64,000 nt of DNA from the human T2T-CHM13v2.0 reference genome, Homo sapiens (GCF_009914755.1 NC_060925.1); one strand, 5' to 3'. Shown: positions 1 through 15,451, counted from the first letter of the stretch. Notes: a model not told the origin generated them from the sequence alone. Program-made: numbers and translations.

Positions 1-1145
1 AGTGCTTTAGAGAAAATGTATTAAATATTGTATTTGTTATCTTAATAAAGTGTACTTCTGATTAATTATGGAAAAATCCTTTTGCTTCCACCAATGATAA
101 AATTTGGGAAATATTATGTCTTTTACAATTATATATTTAAGTAATAAGATTTAAATTTATAATTTCAATTTTAAAATATGATAGCATTAGCAATGTCCTT
201 ATTGTGTGTCTTCCTCCCTTTTATTCATTCATGATAGGATTTAGTTTACTAATTTTGGTGAATAATTATTGAATATCTTGTAGAAAGCAGAAGTGATCTG
301 GGGGAGAAAGCTGTCCAGAGTGCTGCGAACAGACATAGGAGAAAGGAAGCACAGAATATGATTGGATAATAGTAATAGAAATAGAAAATACTAATTTTGG
401 AAATCAGCAAGTATTTACTGGAAGGGTAGTATAGCATGATAAGACTATGACTCAAACAGATGTGAGATTGAATCCCAACAATGACACCTTGGACAAAGTG
501 TTTAATCACCCTGAGTCTCAATTTATTAATCTCTACAATTATTCTTACTTTATTTTAAGATTCTTTCGAGTATTTGTTGTAGAATGCACAGCTTAGTTAA
601 TGGAATTTTTGAACATACACTAAGCCTTGACACAGAAGTATGAGAAAGATGTAAATGGATGTGCTGAAATGTGAAACATAGAAACATTGTCATGTGACCC
701 TACAGTACTGCTATTTTCTAAACAGGTTTTCTGTAATTAGACTGTCTCACTCATGTGTAAGGGTTCCATGTATCTTCTGAACTAAAATAGTTAAAAAAAA
801 AAAACCTACTAATTGTGTGTGTTTGTAGAATCTTTATCAGTTAACATATTTTCTTTCTTCCTCAGACTCATACAAATAAATCACTTGGTGCAAATACCCA
901 TCTTTGCTCTGTTATACTTTCATACTCTTTTCAAAAAGAATATATATTTATTGAGATACCTGGGAGGTAGTATCATGAGAGTCACAAAGAAAATGTTAAA
1001 TAATTAAGCAAACAGGCCTTTTTACCTGAAGATTGAAGTGTTTTATTTTCCAAATAATTAACTTTCTAATTGCTGATTTTCCTGAAATACTGTCGGGAGA
1101 AAACTTGCCCTGAACCCCAGTTTGTATCAGATAAATTCAGTGACT

Positions 1146-1409
1146 ATTTTATTTTATATTTATTTATTTTATTATTAACTTATTAATTAGAGATAGGGTC
1201 TTGCTGTGTCACCCAGAATGGAGTGCAGTGGAGTGCAGCTGGGACTACAGGTGTGCACCACCATACCTGGCTAATTTTTTGGATTTTTTTGTAGAGACGT
1301 GGTTTCGCCATGTTGCCTAGGCTGGTCTAGAACTCCTGAGCTCAAGTGATCTGCCTGCCTCAGCCTCCCAAAGTGCTGACATTACAGGCGGGGGCCCCTG
1401 CTCCTGGCC
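1146..1409 (-). mobile_element. Alu (J-like), internal deletion in right arm
   Basis: Antisense Alu motifs; ~70 nt missing near 1230. Confidence 0.9.
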
Positions 1410-1699
1410 ATAAGTACTGATTTTGAATTATTGATCTGTTGATTTTTCTATTAATCTATTCTTGGTTATTAACTATAAGTTAAGGATTTCCACAGAGAAA
1501 TTAATATTTAATATGTGTGAGGGTGATGCTAATGAGCTTAAAGAAATTGTGCAACTGGAAGATAAATCATCAGGACTATACACTCTTTCCTTAGATCTTA
1601 ACATAGTTCATATCATTCAGTCACAGGTCGTTTGTTACCTACTCAGAGATGCTGTTTCTCTAACTACCCGCATCTCACACTCCTCAAACTCCTGCTCCC

Positions 1700-2060
1700 C
1701 TTTCTAGGCCCAAGTTGCCCATCCCTCCCCCACTGAAGCCTTCCCTGATTCTCCTGCTCTCCCTCTTCCTCTCCCTGAAGAATGAATTCTTTCTCTGTAC
1801 TTGGATTTGTATGTCACTCAGAAACAAACCAACCATGTTGGTCCGCTTTACCATCTTCATATCTTTATATCCTTATTATCAGATTATTTATTTATCTATT
1901 GTCTGTCTTTGCCATTAAAATGTAAGCTTCCTAAGAACAGAAACCTTATATGTTTTGTTGGCTGCTGAAACCCATGTGTTTAGAAGAGTGCCTAGCACAT
2001 ATGTAGGTGCTTAATAAGTATTTGTTGAAGGAATAAACAAAATGAACAAACAAATGGATA
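1700..2060 (+). mobile_element. L2 3' end
   Basis: tgtaagcttcc...gtgcctagcacata...taggtgcttaataagtatttgttgaa. Confidence 0.75.
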
Positions 2061-2744
2061 AACTTGCTTATTAAAGGGAAATTTATGCATGCAGTTTCAA
2101 TTTTTAAGGGGCTAAGTGAATTTTTTTTAGATCACTCTTTATAGGTGATGTTCACCTGAGTGAAAGGTATTCCCTTTCTTCCCTTCCTATTGGTCACTTT
2201 ATCTGGGAGTTATTTTATCTAGCCATTGGTGGTAGACTTTGAACATGTAAAAGTCTAGTAGGAGGTCTGTTGCTTAGAATCTTCAGGGATCTGTAAAGAC
2301 TACGGGGTTCTCTGTTAAGAATGAGGTTGCATAGTTTATCCAGCTGGCCTTGGGATCAGGGTTTGCTTTTGCTCAGTGCCCAGTCCTCCAGCTACACTGC
2401 AAGTTTATGGGCTTAGGCAATAGCTTTGTAACTGCTATTTTTGGTTCTACCCACTAGGTCAGGGGCTGGCTATAGACCATTCTCAAAAAGACCCAAGGCT
2501 TTACAAAAGCTATTTAAGCTGTTATTTCTAGCCCCTAAACAGGAGCCTCAGTGGAGATTGTAACCAGAAGTCTAAGAATAGAATTCTAGAGGATCCTTCA
2601 GCTTAAGGTGTTGATAATAACCTGAAAGTATTAAACCAAGAAGAAGGATGCTGAAAGAAACAATAAAACTCAGAAAATAGAGTAGCAAACGAGATTTTTG
2701 AGAAACGAAAGGAGAGAAAGGCAAGGTGAACACTGTTTTGTCAG

Positions 2745-2858
2745 CCGGAAGTGAGTCATTACTGAGCACAGAATTAATGCTAGTGATATACCTGTGTTAA
2801 GATGGGAGGAAGCCACATATTCTAGAGGAAAATGATGCATGATAAACAGCTTGAGTCA
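2745..2858. promoter_or_regulatory. Candidate intron-1 enhancer: ETS/AP-1 composite plus a second AP-1 site
   Basis: CCGGAAGTGAGTCA 2745-2758; TGAGTCA 2852-2858. Confidence 0.45.
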
Positions 2859-3229
2859 TCACCTCTAATGTTTAATTAAAAGTATCCAGAAGGCTGTAGA
2901 TCTACACAGAATCTTTTTACTGCTTTATTATTATATAGGCAGTGCTACCTTTTCTCAAATACCAGTATATTCAATAATAAAAATTGATTCATTGAGTACG
3001 TTTAACCACATTTTATGACCTTTAAAAGATGTCTTCATAGTATGAATAGGATATGTTCCAAAAGTTAGTCTATAAATAAATTGCTGGAACATATCCTCAG
3101 CAGCTTAAATGACAGGTTTTATGGTATGTTCTGGGAAACTATTTATCTAACTAGGTGTGATTAAAGTGCTAATAAGACATAAACCACAATAAACATTAAC
3201 AGCTCTTTCAAAACTTAATAATTACAAGG

Positions 3230-3424
3230 CACCGAACAAAGTGATTTGCATACACAATCATACTTAATCCCCCAAACACTATAAAATATGTATTGTCTCT
3301 CTTTTATAATAGAGGGTACTAAAGAAAAAATATTCAATACATTGCTCAGCTCACACAGCAAGGAACAAAGTTAAGATTTGAATTCAGATTCAACTGACTC
3401 AAAGCTCTTACTCTTTACCGTTAT
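3230..3424 (-). mobile_element. MIR
   Basis: Degenerate match to the MIR core and head (tcacacagc...gatttgaattcag...ctgactc). Confidence 0.6.
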
Positions 3425-3751
3425 CCTAGTCTACCTAGGATAGGTAGTTGAAATAGTTGCATGCTTTATATACCAAGAAGTATACTTAGGTTTTCTGTAG
3501 AATTCACACCATACATTTTAGCAGAACTAAGGGTATGTGATGACTGTAAGGTAGGGTCATCCACAAAAGAAGTATGGATAAATTACCATAGGAGCAAAAA
3601 AAAGTATTCATAAGCAATGGCTTACAAAGCTGGAGCATGGTTATTTGTATGTTTAGGATTGTTTAGCTTTGAATTTGCTTTTTACTTATTGATATGGTTC
3701 CCTAAAATTTATTTGCAGTATATTTAATTTTTGTTTTACAATCAATAACAG

Positions 3752-3893
3752 TTCACAGAAGAAAAGCTTGGCCAGGCTGAGAAGACAGAATTGGATGCTC
3801 ACTTAGAGAACCTCCTTAGCAAAGCTGAATGTACCAAAATATGGACAGAAAAAATAATGAAACAAACTGAAGTGTTATTGCAGCCAAATCCAA
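3752..3893 (+). CDS. SH3GLB1: SH3GLB1 coding exon 2 (FTEEKLGQ...LLQPNP), N-BAR
   Basis: Acceptor aacag|TTC, donor CCAA|gtaag; 142 nt; translation matches the endophilin-B1 N-terminal BAR region as I recall it. Confidence 0.97.
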
Positions 3894-4215
3894 GTAAGAA
3901 ACTCTACCTCTTGTGTACCTTAAGTACTATTAGTGGGTTTTTAAATGTTAAAAAAAAAAGTTTTAATGGCCATCTGAAAACATAGGATTTTTTTATTGTA
4001 GCTTCAAGGTCAGTGGGTTTTTTTGTGTGTGCTTTTGTGAAGAGGAAGTGATAAACAGCTATGTACCTAACCAATTTTAAAATGATATTTTTCAGTCTTT
4101 TATAGAATCCTTGTAAAAAATCTCAATTTTAGGCAGTGACTTTGAATTTTAATTTATGAGCAGCTGTGTATATAAATATGTTTTCCTTTTTCATCTAGGG
4201 AAGAATTGTCCCTAG

Positions 4216-4610
<395 letters not shown>

Positions 4611-5024
4611 TATGTTTAAGTTTTACATTTTCACATAAATTATTTCATTTCATCTTCAGACAACTATGAGATTTTCAGATAAGTCAACTCAATAATCTTG
4701 CAGTTAAGGTGCATAATTGTTTAGTGAATGAAACTCATGAGTTAGCATCTTGTCAAATGTAGCATAGCTAATTAGAAGTGGAAATTGGACTAAAACCGGG
4801 TGTATGAACATCCAGTCTTTTCACTGTGAGCTTTGCATATCAAAACTGAAGAACAAAGGTACAATGTATGCTTTCCTTCTTTTTTCCCCAACTTGTTTGG
4901 GACCAAGTTGTGATATGACATATGCTTACTTTTAGATACTAACTTAAACTTCAAGCACTATATAAATATTAGCAGTTCTCTATCATTTTAGTTAAATAGT
5001 AGTGACTTTTTAAATACACCTTTT

Positions 5025-5172
5025 GGTTGAAAAACTTAACTGTTGAGTTCTGTGCTCAGTACCTGGGTAACAGGTTCATGTGTACACCAAACTTCAGCAT
5101 CATTCAGTATACCCAGGTAGCAAATCTGCATGTGTACTCCTTGAACTAAAATAAAAGTTGGAAATAAAATAA
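5025..5172 (+). mobile_element. L1 3'UTR terminal fragment (old L1PA/L1PB-like)
   Basis: Reverse complement resembles the L1 end at 53.6 kb; ends ctaaaataaaagttggaaataaaat. Confidence 0.8.
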
Positions 5173-5437
5173 GCTTTTTGCACTTTGAGTGAGTCCTAAT
5201 GTCTTTGGACACCATGTAATATTTTTTATTCATTTAAGGCCATTTAAATTCTACACTCTGGCACTTTTATTAAAAGTAATAGACATTTTTCCCCTTGTTC
5301 TAAACATATTTTTCTGAATGGGAAATAAGCTCATTCACAACTGGTAAACAGGGAAATAAAATACAATTTCCTCCTGCCCCTGTTTTGTGCCAGGAAGTCG
5401 TAATAATTGTTTTTGTTTTTTGTTTGTGCTGTGGTTT

Positions 5438-5749
5438 TTTTGTTTTGTTTTGTTTTGTTTTGTTTGAGACAGAGTCTTGCTGTGTCACCCAGGCTGGAGT
5501 GCAGTGGTGTGATCTTGGTTCACTGCAATCTCCACCTCCTGGGTTCAAGCGATTTTCCTGCCTCTGCCTGCTGAGAGTAGCTGGGATTACAGGTGTCCAC
5601 CACCATACCCGGCTAATTTTTGTATTTTTAGTAGAGACAGGGTTTCTCCATGTTGGCCAGGCTGGTCTCGAACTCCCGACCTCAGGTAATCTGCCCGCCT
5701 CAGCCTCCCAAAGCGCTGGGATTACACGTGTGAGCCACCATGCCCAGCC
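5438..5749 (-). mobile_element. Alu (Sx-like)
   Basis: Full length; TSD tgtgct(g/c)tggtt. Confidence 0.95.
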
Positions 5750-6045
5750 TGTGCTCTGGTTATTAAGTTACATAGGTTTTGAGCAGCCAAACCTAACACT
5801 CCTTTTCTTGTAATTCCTATGTTGTTTTCAATGTATGATCTTCTGGAAATGGGTTTTTCAAAAATACGTTATGCAGAAATACATATTACATTGTAGCAGA
5901 ATTGCCTGCATATTTAAGATTTTATTATAACCTATTGAAATTAAACATTTATTAGTATTCCAAATATTTTATTAACTGAACGAAGTCAGCATAAGATTCC
6001 ATTTTAAACTTTTGGCCAGATAGGTGGAAAAGCAGTCAAAATTAA

Positions 6046-6374
<329 letters not shown>

Positions 6375-7535
6375 AAAATGAAGTTCTGAAATTTAACTAG
6401 TATCTTCTAAATGGTTATGTTTTAAAAAGCTCTTTTTGGTTTTAACTATTTAAAGGTATTTAATTTCTGCTTTAAAACTTCTGATTTTGTACTAGAATCT
6501 ACCACAAAAGCAAGTATCATTGCTATACTCTATTTTATGTATTATAACTAAGCCTTTTACCAACTCCTGAAATGTTTCTGTTACTGGTTCAGCTCATTTT
6601 TTAAATTTTCAGTGCACTGTGTGAAACTTCCGCATGCGTAGGAATCTATGTGAGGTACTTAGAGGGAACCTATTTGACTTAGCTTCAATTTATGCTTAAT
6701 CGTTGTTTCTGGAAACTTAAGCCATTTTTTCACTTGTCCTGAAATACCTCTAGGTTGGACAGCATTGTAAATGTTAATATCTTTGGTCTTAAGCATTTTG
6801 CTAACCAAGTGTTTATTCAGCTTTTGTTTTTTTCCCCTTTCCATTTATTCTAATGTTCTATTATTGCTTTAACCTTTCGTATTTTAAACTTATTTTTAAT
6901 GATGAAATCTTTTGAGTGAATGCATGCTCAGAGATATACTTGTATACTTTAAACATAAACTAAAGCCAAGGCATCATATTGCTGATCTGTCTGTAGACTA
7001 TTCCAAGCCTGGATTGTTCTATGCCTTAAGCGCCTGTGTCTATATTTAGACTCTAGGCAAGAAAAAGAGAGAGCAAATGCTCATGCTAAAGCTGTCAGAT
7101 GTAAGTCTTTGGTTCTTCCAGGTACTTTATATCTGTATTTTCCTAGCCAGAAATCCTGATTTTGAAATTATGAATGTACATTCAGAGTAAAAATTAGAGT
7201 TAAAATGCTACAAACAGGGCAAAGACACCTTCAATAAATATTAAGTGAATTAATCAGTCCTTTTCTGGAACTTAAAATCTTGTAGAATACTCAAATAATA
7301 ATTTTATTTTATTTTAAAATGCTTTTGTGCCAAGATATTTTATCAAATTTCTAAAATATAATTTTTTAGTTATATAATAGTCTAACATAAAATTTAAAAA
7401 ATTATTTATTAAGATATGTGCTTGAATGAATGCTAACTTTAGGAGATGATAAATGGCTGCTGATGGGGGAAAAAAACAATCTTCTAATTAGTTTTGCTTT
7501 TTAGAAATCATTGGTAATTTTAACCTTTCTCCTAG

Positions 7536-7664
7536 ATGCCAGGATAGAAGAATTTGTTTATGAGAAACTGGATAGAAAAGCTCCAAGTCGTATAAACAAC
7601 CCAGAACTTTTGGGACAATATATGATTGATGCAGGGACTGAGTTTGGCCCAGGAACAGCTTATG
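7536..7664 (+). CDS. SH3GLB1: SH3GLB1 coding exon 3 (ARIEEFVYEKLDRK...GPGTAY)
   Basis: cctag|AT acceptor, TATG|gtaagt donor; 129 nt, phase 1-1, frame continuous with exon 2. Confidence 0.97.
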
Positions 7665-7742
7665 GTAAGTGAAATGCAAAAAGTTCTAATAAGGGATATC
7701 TTTATGTTTAGATTTATTAGAGATGTCATTAACATATTAGTA

Positions 7743-8065
<323 letters not shown>

Positions 8066-9254
8066 TTAACTTCAAATTTATGTTAAAAATTTTTGATGAA
8101 GTGAGAAATATAGGCAAATATATACAGTTAAATGTAATATTTAATATATTCAAGCATATATTTAGTTATTCAGAGAATTCACATCTTTTTTAGTTCTAAA
8201 AAGTTTAATGAATTCTTCACTTGTTCTCCCAGTGATCTTACAATACCTATGTTATAATACTTGTGATATTGCAATTATTGTTTGCATATGTCTCTTCATT
8301 TTTAAAAAAGCTTTCTTAGGGCTTATTTTATGTTAAAGGTACTTGGCACGTAGTTCTTGAACAAATCAGTGCTTTTGTTATAATTTTGCAGTAATGTCAG
8401 TAACCAAAAAATATTAACAATTGTTATCTCTGGATATTTGGATTACATTTCATTTCTGTTTTTCTCTTACGTATTTCAAATTTTCTATAGCCGTGGTTTA
8501 GTTACACTCGCTTTATTAGTTGCTGTACAGACTTTAAATGTATAGCCCTGAAGCTCAAAGTTACATACACATCTTTATTGTCACTCTAATTTTCTCATAA
8601 CATGAGACTGTTACAGATTTCAGTAGCTTCTTTTCCTGTTGTTTATGTCTAATAATAATTCTCTTTATACATCTGCAAGATACTGGTCTTTGGATATGAA
8701 ATGGTAGGTAGATTAAATTAATTTCTACACATAGTTCTGATTTACAGAATGGTTTATAAATTCTAGGATTAAATGAATTTTAAGCTTTAGTAGTTATCTT
8801 TATGTCAGAAAGAAATAACCTAAATATTGTTGAATGCCACTAATCCATTGACAGGCTTTTTTAGGTACACAACTTTGAAACTTCTACATTGTGTTCTTCA
8901 AAATCTAATTTTTAAGTTTGAAAATGCTTAGAACTTCAAAATAAAATTATTTCTGAATTTTACTGTTAATTTTTAGAAAAATGTTATACATTAAACAGAT
9001 GTTTTATTGCCTACTTGTGCCAAGCTCAGTTAGATGCTGGGATCATAAAGGTATGTGAAAGGAACCCAGCAGCCCCTTCCTTCACCAGGCTGAAGAAGGT
9101 TTTAGCAGAGCATGAACATTAGTAAAGGCTTCTAGATTTTCTTCCCTTTTAAATCTGCTTAATCTGTTTGCACCTCTAGTAATTCTAGTGAATGTACCCT
9201 GGTTATTAGAATTGGGCTTTGTGAACCTATTACCTTATTAGTAATTAATACTAA

Positions 9255-9473
9255 AAATTGAGTATCACAGGCATGGGCTAAGCATTATATAGTATATATA
9301 TTTACATATTAATTCTCATTTATATCCTGCTTTTAAGATAAATTATATTACCTTCATTTTAAAGACAAGGAAACAGGTTTGGAGAAGTTAAATAATTAAT
9401 CCACAGTCACAGCTAGTATAGTAATTCAAATGAAGATCTGTCTGTATCCAGTGACGGAGCTCTTAACTACTAT
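9255..9473 (-). mobile_element. MIR
   Basis: cattttaaagacaaggaaacagg...gtcacagctagt...gctcttaactac. Confidence 0.7.
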
Positions 9474-9795
9474 CTGTATTACCTTCCTTATCAGTCAGAT
9501 CAAAGCTTATCCTAACATGAAGGGATTAAGATCCTTAGAGCTAAAGCTTATTAGAAGTAAAACTAGGAGTGGAACCCTGATCTTGGGGCTTCCTTTCTTT
9601 CTACTCTACTTTGTACTGTACTTGCCCTATTTAAGTATCAGAGTATATGTATTGCAAAAGCATGGATTTTTTAACTTAAGATATCACTATGAACTATTAC
9701 TTATAGATACTTCAGATGATAACTGCAAGGATGTAGAAACAGGACAAATTGTGACTTGATCTCTTGGAAGCATTATACTTTTATAAGTATAACCA

Positions 9796-10037
9796 CAGTC
9801 ACCCCTCGATATCCATGGGGGATTGGATCCAGGCCCGCCACCCTGAGGATACCAAAATCCATGGATACTCAGGTGTCATATAAAATGGCATAGTGTTTGC
9901 ATATAACCTATGCACATCCTCCCTCGTACTTTAAATCATCTGAATGTAAATGCTGTGTAAATAGTTGTTATGCTGTATTTTTTAGGAAATAATGACAAGG
10001 GAGAAAAGTCTGTACATGTTCAGTACAGAGGCAACCA

Positions 10038-10070
<33 letters not shown>

Positions 10071-10281
10071 GTGACAGGCCCTGCTGTGTTGCCCAGGCTG
10101 GCCTTAAACTCCTGGGCTCAAACGATCCTCCTCCCTCAGCTTTGGAGTAGCTGGGACTGCAGACATATGCCACCACTGTGCCTGGCTCCTCAGCCATCCT
10201 TTTTTTTTTTTTTCTGAATGTTTTTGATCGTGGTTGGTTGAATCCATGGATGCAGAACCCATAGATACAGAGGGCCGACTG
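9796..10281 (+). mobile_element. MER2 (Tigger-type DNA transposon), interrupted by an Alu monomer
   Basis: Termini cagtcacccctcgatatcc / gatacagagggccgactg; internal MER2-like sequence. Confidence 0.85.
10040..10187 (-). mobile_element. FLAM-type free Alu monomer
   Basis: ~120 nt single arm with a long poly-T, inside MER2. Confidence 0.85.
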
Positions 10282-10573
10282 TGACCGTAAATATTTTGGG
10301 GTATATTTGCCCTCTTTAGTCCCATTGGTAGAATTGGTACAATTATCTATGCTACAATAGGAAGTTCATCTTTGTCTCCTTCATTTAGACACATACTCTT
10401 AAATTTACTTTTAAAATAAAACTACCTTAATTACAGTTAATTCTATTTGGTTTTACTTTAGCAAGCAAGTTACAGCTAACTTTTAAACAGACCAAATTGC
10501 TGATTTATCTTTACATGATTTTATTTTCTGGTATTACCAGACAATGATTTTTAAAAACATTTTTCCTTTGCAG

Positions 10574-10707
10574 GTAATGCCCTTATTAAATGTGGAGAAA
10601 CCCAAAAAAGAATTGGAACAGCAGACAGAGAACTGATTCAAACGTCAGCCTTAAATTTTCTTACTCCTTTAAGAAACTTTATAGAAGGAGATTACAAAAC
10701 AATTGCT
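10574..10707 (+). CDS. SH3GLB1: SH3GLB1 coding exon 4 (GNALIKCGETQKR...DYKTIA)
   Basis: tttgcag|GT acceptor, GCT|gtgagt donor; 134 nt. Confidence 0.97.
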
Positions 10708-11148
10708 GTGAGTTGAAAAATGTCCCCTTTATTTAGTAAAATCATTTAGATATATATACTTTTTAATGAATAATTTGGCCTCTTAATGACTGTGTAGATG
10801 TAGTGGATTACAAAATTAAATAATCTAGGTCAGTGCATGTTCACCAGAACACAAAATTAAACCAAAATAAAAGACTACTGAACATTTACTCCATTTGTGT
10901 GTCCTACAGTGTTATTGAGATGCCTTTATCCCTTTTCATTCATTACCAACGCTAAAATCTATAGAGAGGTTCCTGGAATGATTATGAAAATATGGTCTAA
11001 AATATCACCATAGTATATATACCGTGTAGCTCTTCATTTTTTAGGATTTTAACTTATTTTCTTAGTGATAGAGAATGAAAATTTTCTAAGAGTTTTACAA
11101 AGCTGCTCTTATAAATACTTCAAACTTTAATTTGCAGATTTCCTATTA

Positions 11149-11618
<470 letters not shown>

Positions 11619-11896
11619 CTAAGATTAAAGCAAACTGAATTATAATAAACTTACATACTATACAGAAGCTTGAAATTCCCTGAAGAATTCTAAGATACTA
11701 TACTAATGTTTATTCATTATTCTGTAAGTTTGAAATTCCATTTTGGAGTGGTTGGGTTGCATTTGGTGCTATGACACATTAAGTGCAGCCCACCCAATCC
11801 TTGAGGTAGGACACCAGGCGTCAAGGAACCCTTGCCCCAGGCGTATACTTCCTTCTTTCTAGGCACTTTCTGGATAATCTGTAACAATTTGAAAGT

Positions 11897-12070
11897 CAGT
11901 CTGGCCACTAATGACGTTTTGGGCTGCACAATTCCTTGTAAAGATAGACTGTCTTGTGGAATGTTTGGCAACATTTCTGGCTTCTGGCTAGCAGACTCCA
12001 ATAACATCCCTCCACCAATTGTGACAACCAAAAAGGTATTGCCAAATGTTCCCGAGGCAGGGACAGGATC
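11897..12070 (-). mobile_element. MER20 (hAT-Charlie)
   Basis: ttgtgacaaccaaaa...attgccaaatgt matches the MER20 reverse complement. Confidence 0.7.
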
Positions 12071-12345
12071 ATAAAATATTAAAACTGATATTCCTTTGTT
12101 TCCATCATTGCCTGCCATCTTTCCCAGACACTTACAATGTTTCAATTATTTATTTTAAAATTTAAAACAGTAACAAGGGGGTGGGGGGGGCAGATACATG
12201 AATGGTAACTTTATAGCCAATTTTGTAGTCATAGATCTTTATCAATTGATACATATGTTTACTAGGGAATAATACTTTAAATGTGTATGCTCTTAACAGA
12301 ATTTTAGCATCTTTAGCCCTTATTTTTTCTTTTCTATATTTATAG

Positions 12346-12438
12346 AAAGAAAGGAAACTATTGCAAAATAAGAGACTGGATTTGGATGCTGCAAAAACGA
12401 GACTAAAAAAGGCAAAAGCTGCAGAAACTAGAAATTCA
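12346..12438 (+). CDS. SH3GLB1: SH3GLB1 coding exon 5 (KERKLLQNKRLDLDAAK...ETRNS)
   Basis: ttatag|AAA acceptor, TCA|gtaagt donor; 93 nt; BAR motif KRLDLDAAK. Confidence 0.97.
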
Positions 12439-12623
12439 GTAAGTAAATAGAAAAATATTTTTGATTAATAACTTTAAGATTTGTAAAATATTTTGCTAAT
12501 AAACCATGAAAGATACAGACTATTAACTTTAGAGTCTTGTTTTTGTGCTTTCTAAACAAATTTATCAGAACTTAATACATCCAAATCACTGCAAAGTAGT
12601 CATATCAAAAAGGTGATATTCAT

Positions 12624-13056
<433 letters not shown>

Positions 13057-15451
13057 TTAGCTATACAGTTGCTGCTAAAAAACAAAAATTATGGTAGCTC
13101 CTAATGTGTCATTTTTTTTAAATATCGTCAGTGGTCGCAAATATTTTTGGAGATAGATTTATTATAATTGGAAATAGCAGAAAAGATAGTAATTAAGATG
13201 AGACTCAAGTTTGAGAATACTTGTGTGTGACTTAAAAATTAGATCAGTCCCCTTTCCACACGCTGCTCAAACTAACTAAAAGAATGTTCACCAAGAATAG
13301 TTCCAAAACCATTCAAACCAACAGTGGCAGTATGGACTTTCAGGCAACGATGTTGAATGCGAGGAAACTCATTTGGATAAATAAATTCTAGTATATATTC
13401 CAGAAAACCTCAGAATATTGAGTAGGTATATATTAAATATAATTAAATTTTTCTTTAAAGATTTATTTATAAGCTTTTTAGTTAATCCAAGTTATACTGT
13501 CTATATTATTCCAGAATTTGAAAATATCAGATTTGAATTGGAATAACTTTAAAATAGTATAAAATAAACCAAGTATGAATTTGTTAGAAGAAGCTAACAA
13601 GTTAATACTTAATTTGAGCTATGGTATGATAGTACCCCTGCCTTCTGTTTCCAAGTCACTACCACTGCCAACATCAAGAATCATTGCGTTAATGAGCATA
13701 TTACCACAGTGCTGGTACTGTCTTATAGTTCTCTTGTTTGGGAGATAAAAAGGTTGAAAATTGGTTTAGAGTGAAATTTAAAACTGATTAACTTGGTATT
13801 GGATAGTAATGTCTTACGAGACTACCCTAATACCTTGTATGAGCAGAATAAGTTATTTTTGTCTATGGTTTTTTTCTTTTTTGGAGATACTGTATTAGTT
13901 ACTGCTAGAGAAGAGCTATCTTTGATAAGACATTAATTCCAAATTTACTGGCATTTTCACTTCACAGTTTATCATTACATCATTATCACAAACAACAAAA
14001 CTTCCCTAAACAGACTATCTGCAGCATCAGAACTTTGAAAATGAACACTATAGATAGCAGGAGACCTTGAATTCTTTTATTAGTTTCTAGTTGCTAATAA
14101 TTAATTTGAAAAGTAAATTATAAACTAGTTTTTAAAGATAGAAATTTCATACTCAGGAAAAAAGGATCATTTGGAAATAGATATTTTAACTGGGACAGAA
14201 TGTCTTTATTCAAGATGCCTATATGTGCCCAGTGATAATTGTGGAATAAAAATACTGTTACCAAGTTTCAGTACAAAACTTTGTTTAAAAAGCACTATTA
14301 CAGGAATGACCGTCTGCTTTTCTACCTGGAAAAGTTCCAGAAAGCACACACATATAGATTTAACAGTGTACAAAGTCCTTTAATATTTCTAAATTATTTT
14401 ACCACTGCTATTAAAATATATAGAACCTAAATATAATAGTAGACCAATTTTGAGAGATGTTTCCTTTTTGAGATATCTAGAAAAGATCTTGGCAATTTTT
14501 CTCTGCTGCGTATTTTTGAGGATAAAGGTTTTTTTCCTATGGGAATTTATGTTTAAAAGATGATACAAATGATTTTATTCAGTTCAGCAATTTTATTTAT
14601 ACACAGCTATTCTAGAACTTACGTATTACATACAGCAAAATTTAACTATAGCCAAATACTATTTTTTTAGTCTAGACAGGAAGTTCGATTTCCTGATTTT
14701 AATTGTATTTTTCCCCTAGATAACCAACACATTTTTCTTCAAACTTTATAGCAGTTAAGTCTGAAATACTTTGGGAAGAAAAAGTTCTCTTAGTTTATTA
14801 TTACATAAAGCCTGGAGGTATTCCTGTATTTGGTGATCCTTTTTTTCCCCCCTGTATTTCTTTGCATTTACTTGAAGAATCACTAGGAGTTTGCTTTTTT
14901 TTTCCTTTCTTTGATACATTTCCTGGTTCCTAGTTGGCAACTGAAGTGGTTAATCTGACCTTAGAATTACTTTGACTTCACGTCTTTATAAATTTCCATG
15001 GATTGTTTTGCAACTAGTTACTCTGCTAGTAAGGTTTGGGATCTATCCATATTGACACTTTTTCAGTAATTTACTTACTAGTTTCTTGTGACTCTTTTTA
15101 AGTTCTGTGTTTACTAAATGCTAATTTTGTGCAAGGTACTGTACTGAGGAGTTCATAGATAAATGATGTAAAATCTCTGCCGCCCTCAGTTCACAATCTG
15201 GTACAACAGATCATACTTTTTGATGATTTAGCCCTATCAGTAAAGAATTTCTGCTTGTATCTAATATTGCTGTTTTATCAGTTAGCATATTGAAGAATGG
15301 TAAAGCAACATCAAAGGCATTTCTCAAAAATATACCAATTAAGCAGAAAGAAAGCCCACTTTAATGTTTCACAATGAACAAAAATACAGTTTTGAAAAAT
15401 AGATTGTGTATATGATAAAATATACCAGAGAAGCAAGAACAAAAATAATTA

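Noticed and set aside
12177-12190. G5-T-G8 run upstream of exon 5
   Set aside because: Too short to support a functional G-quadruplex claim
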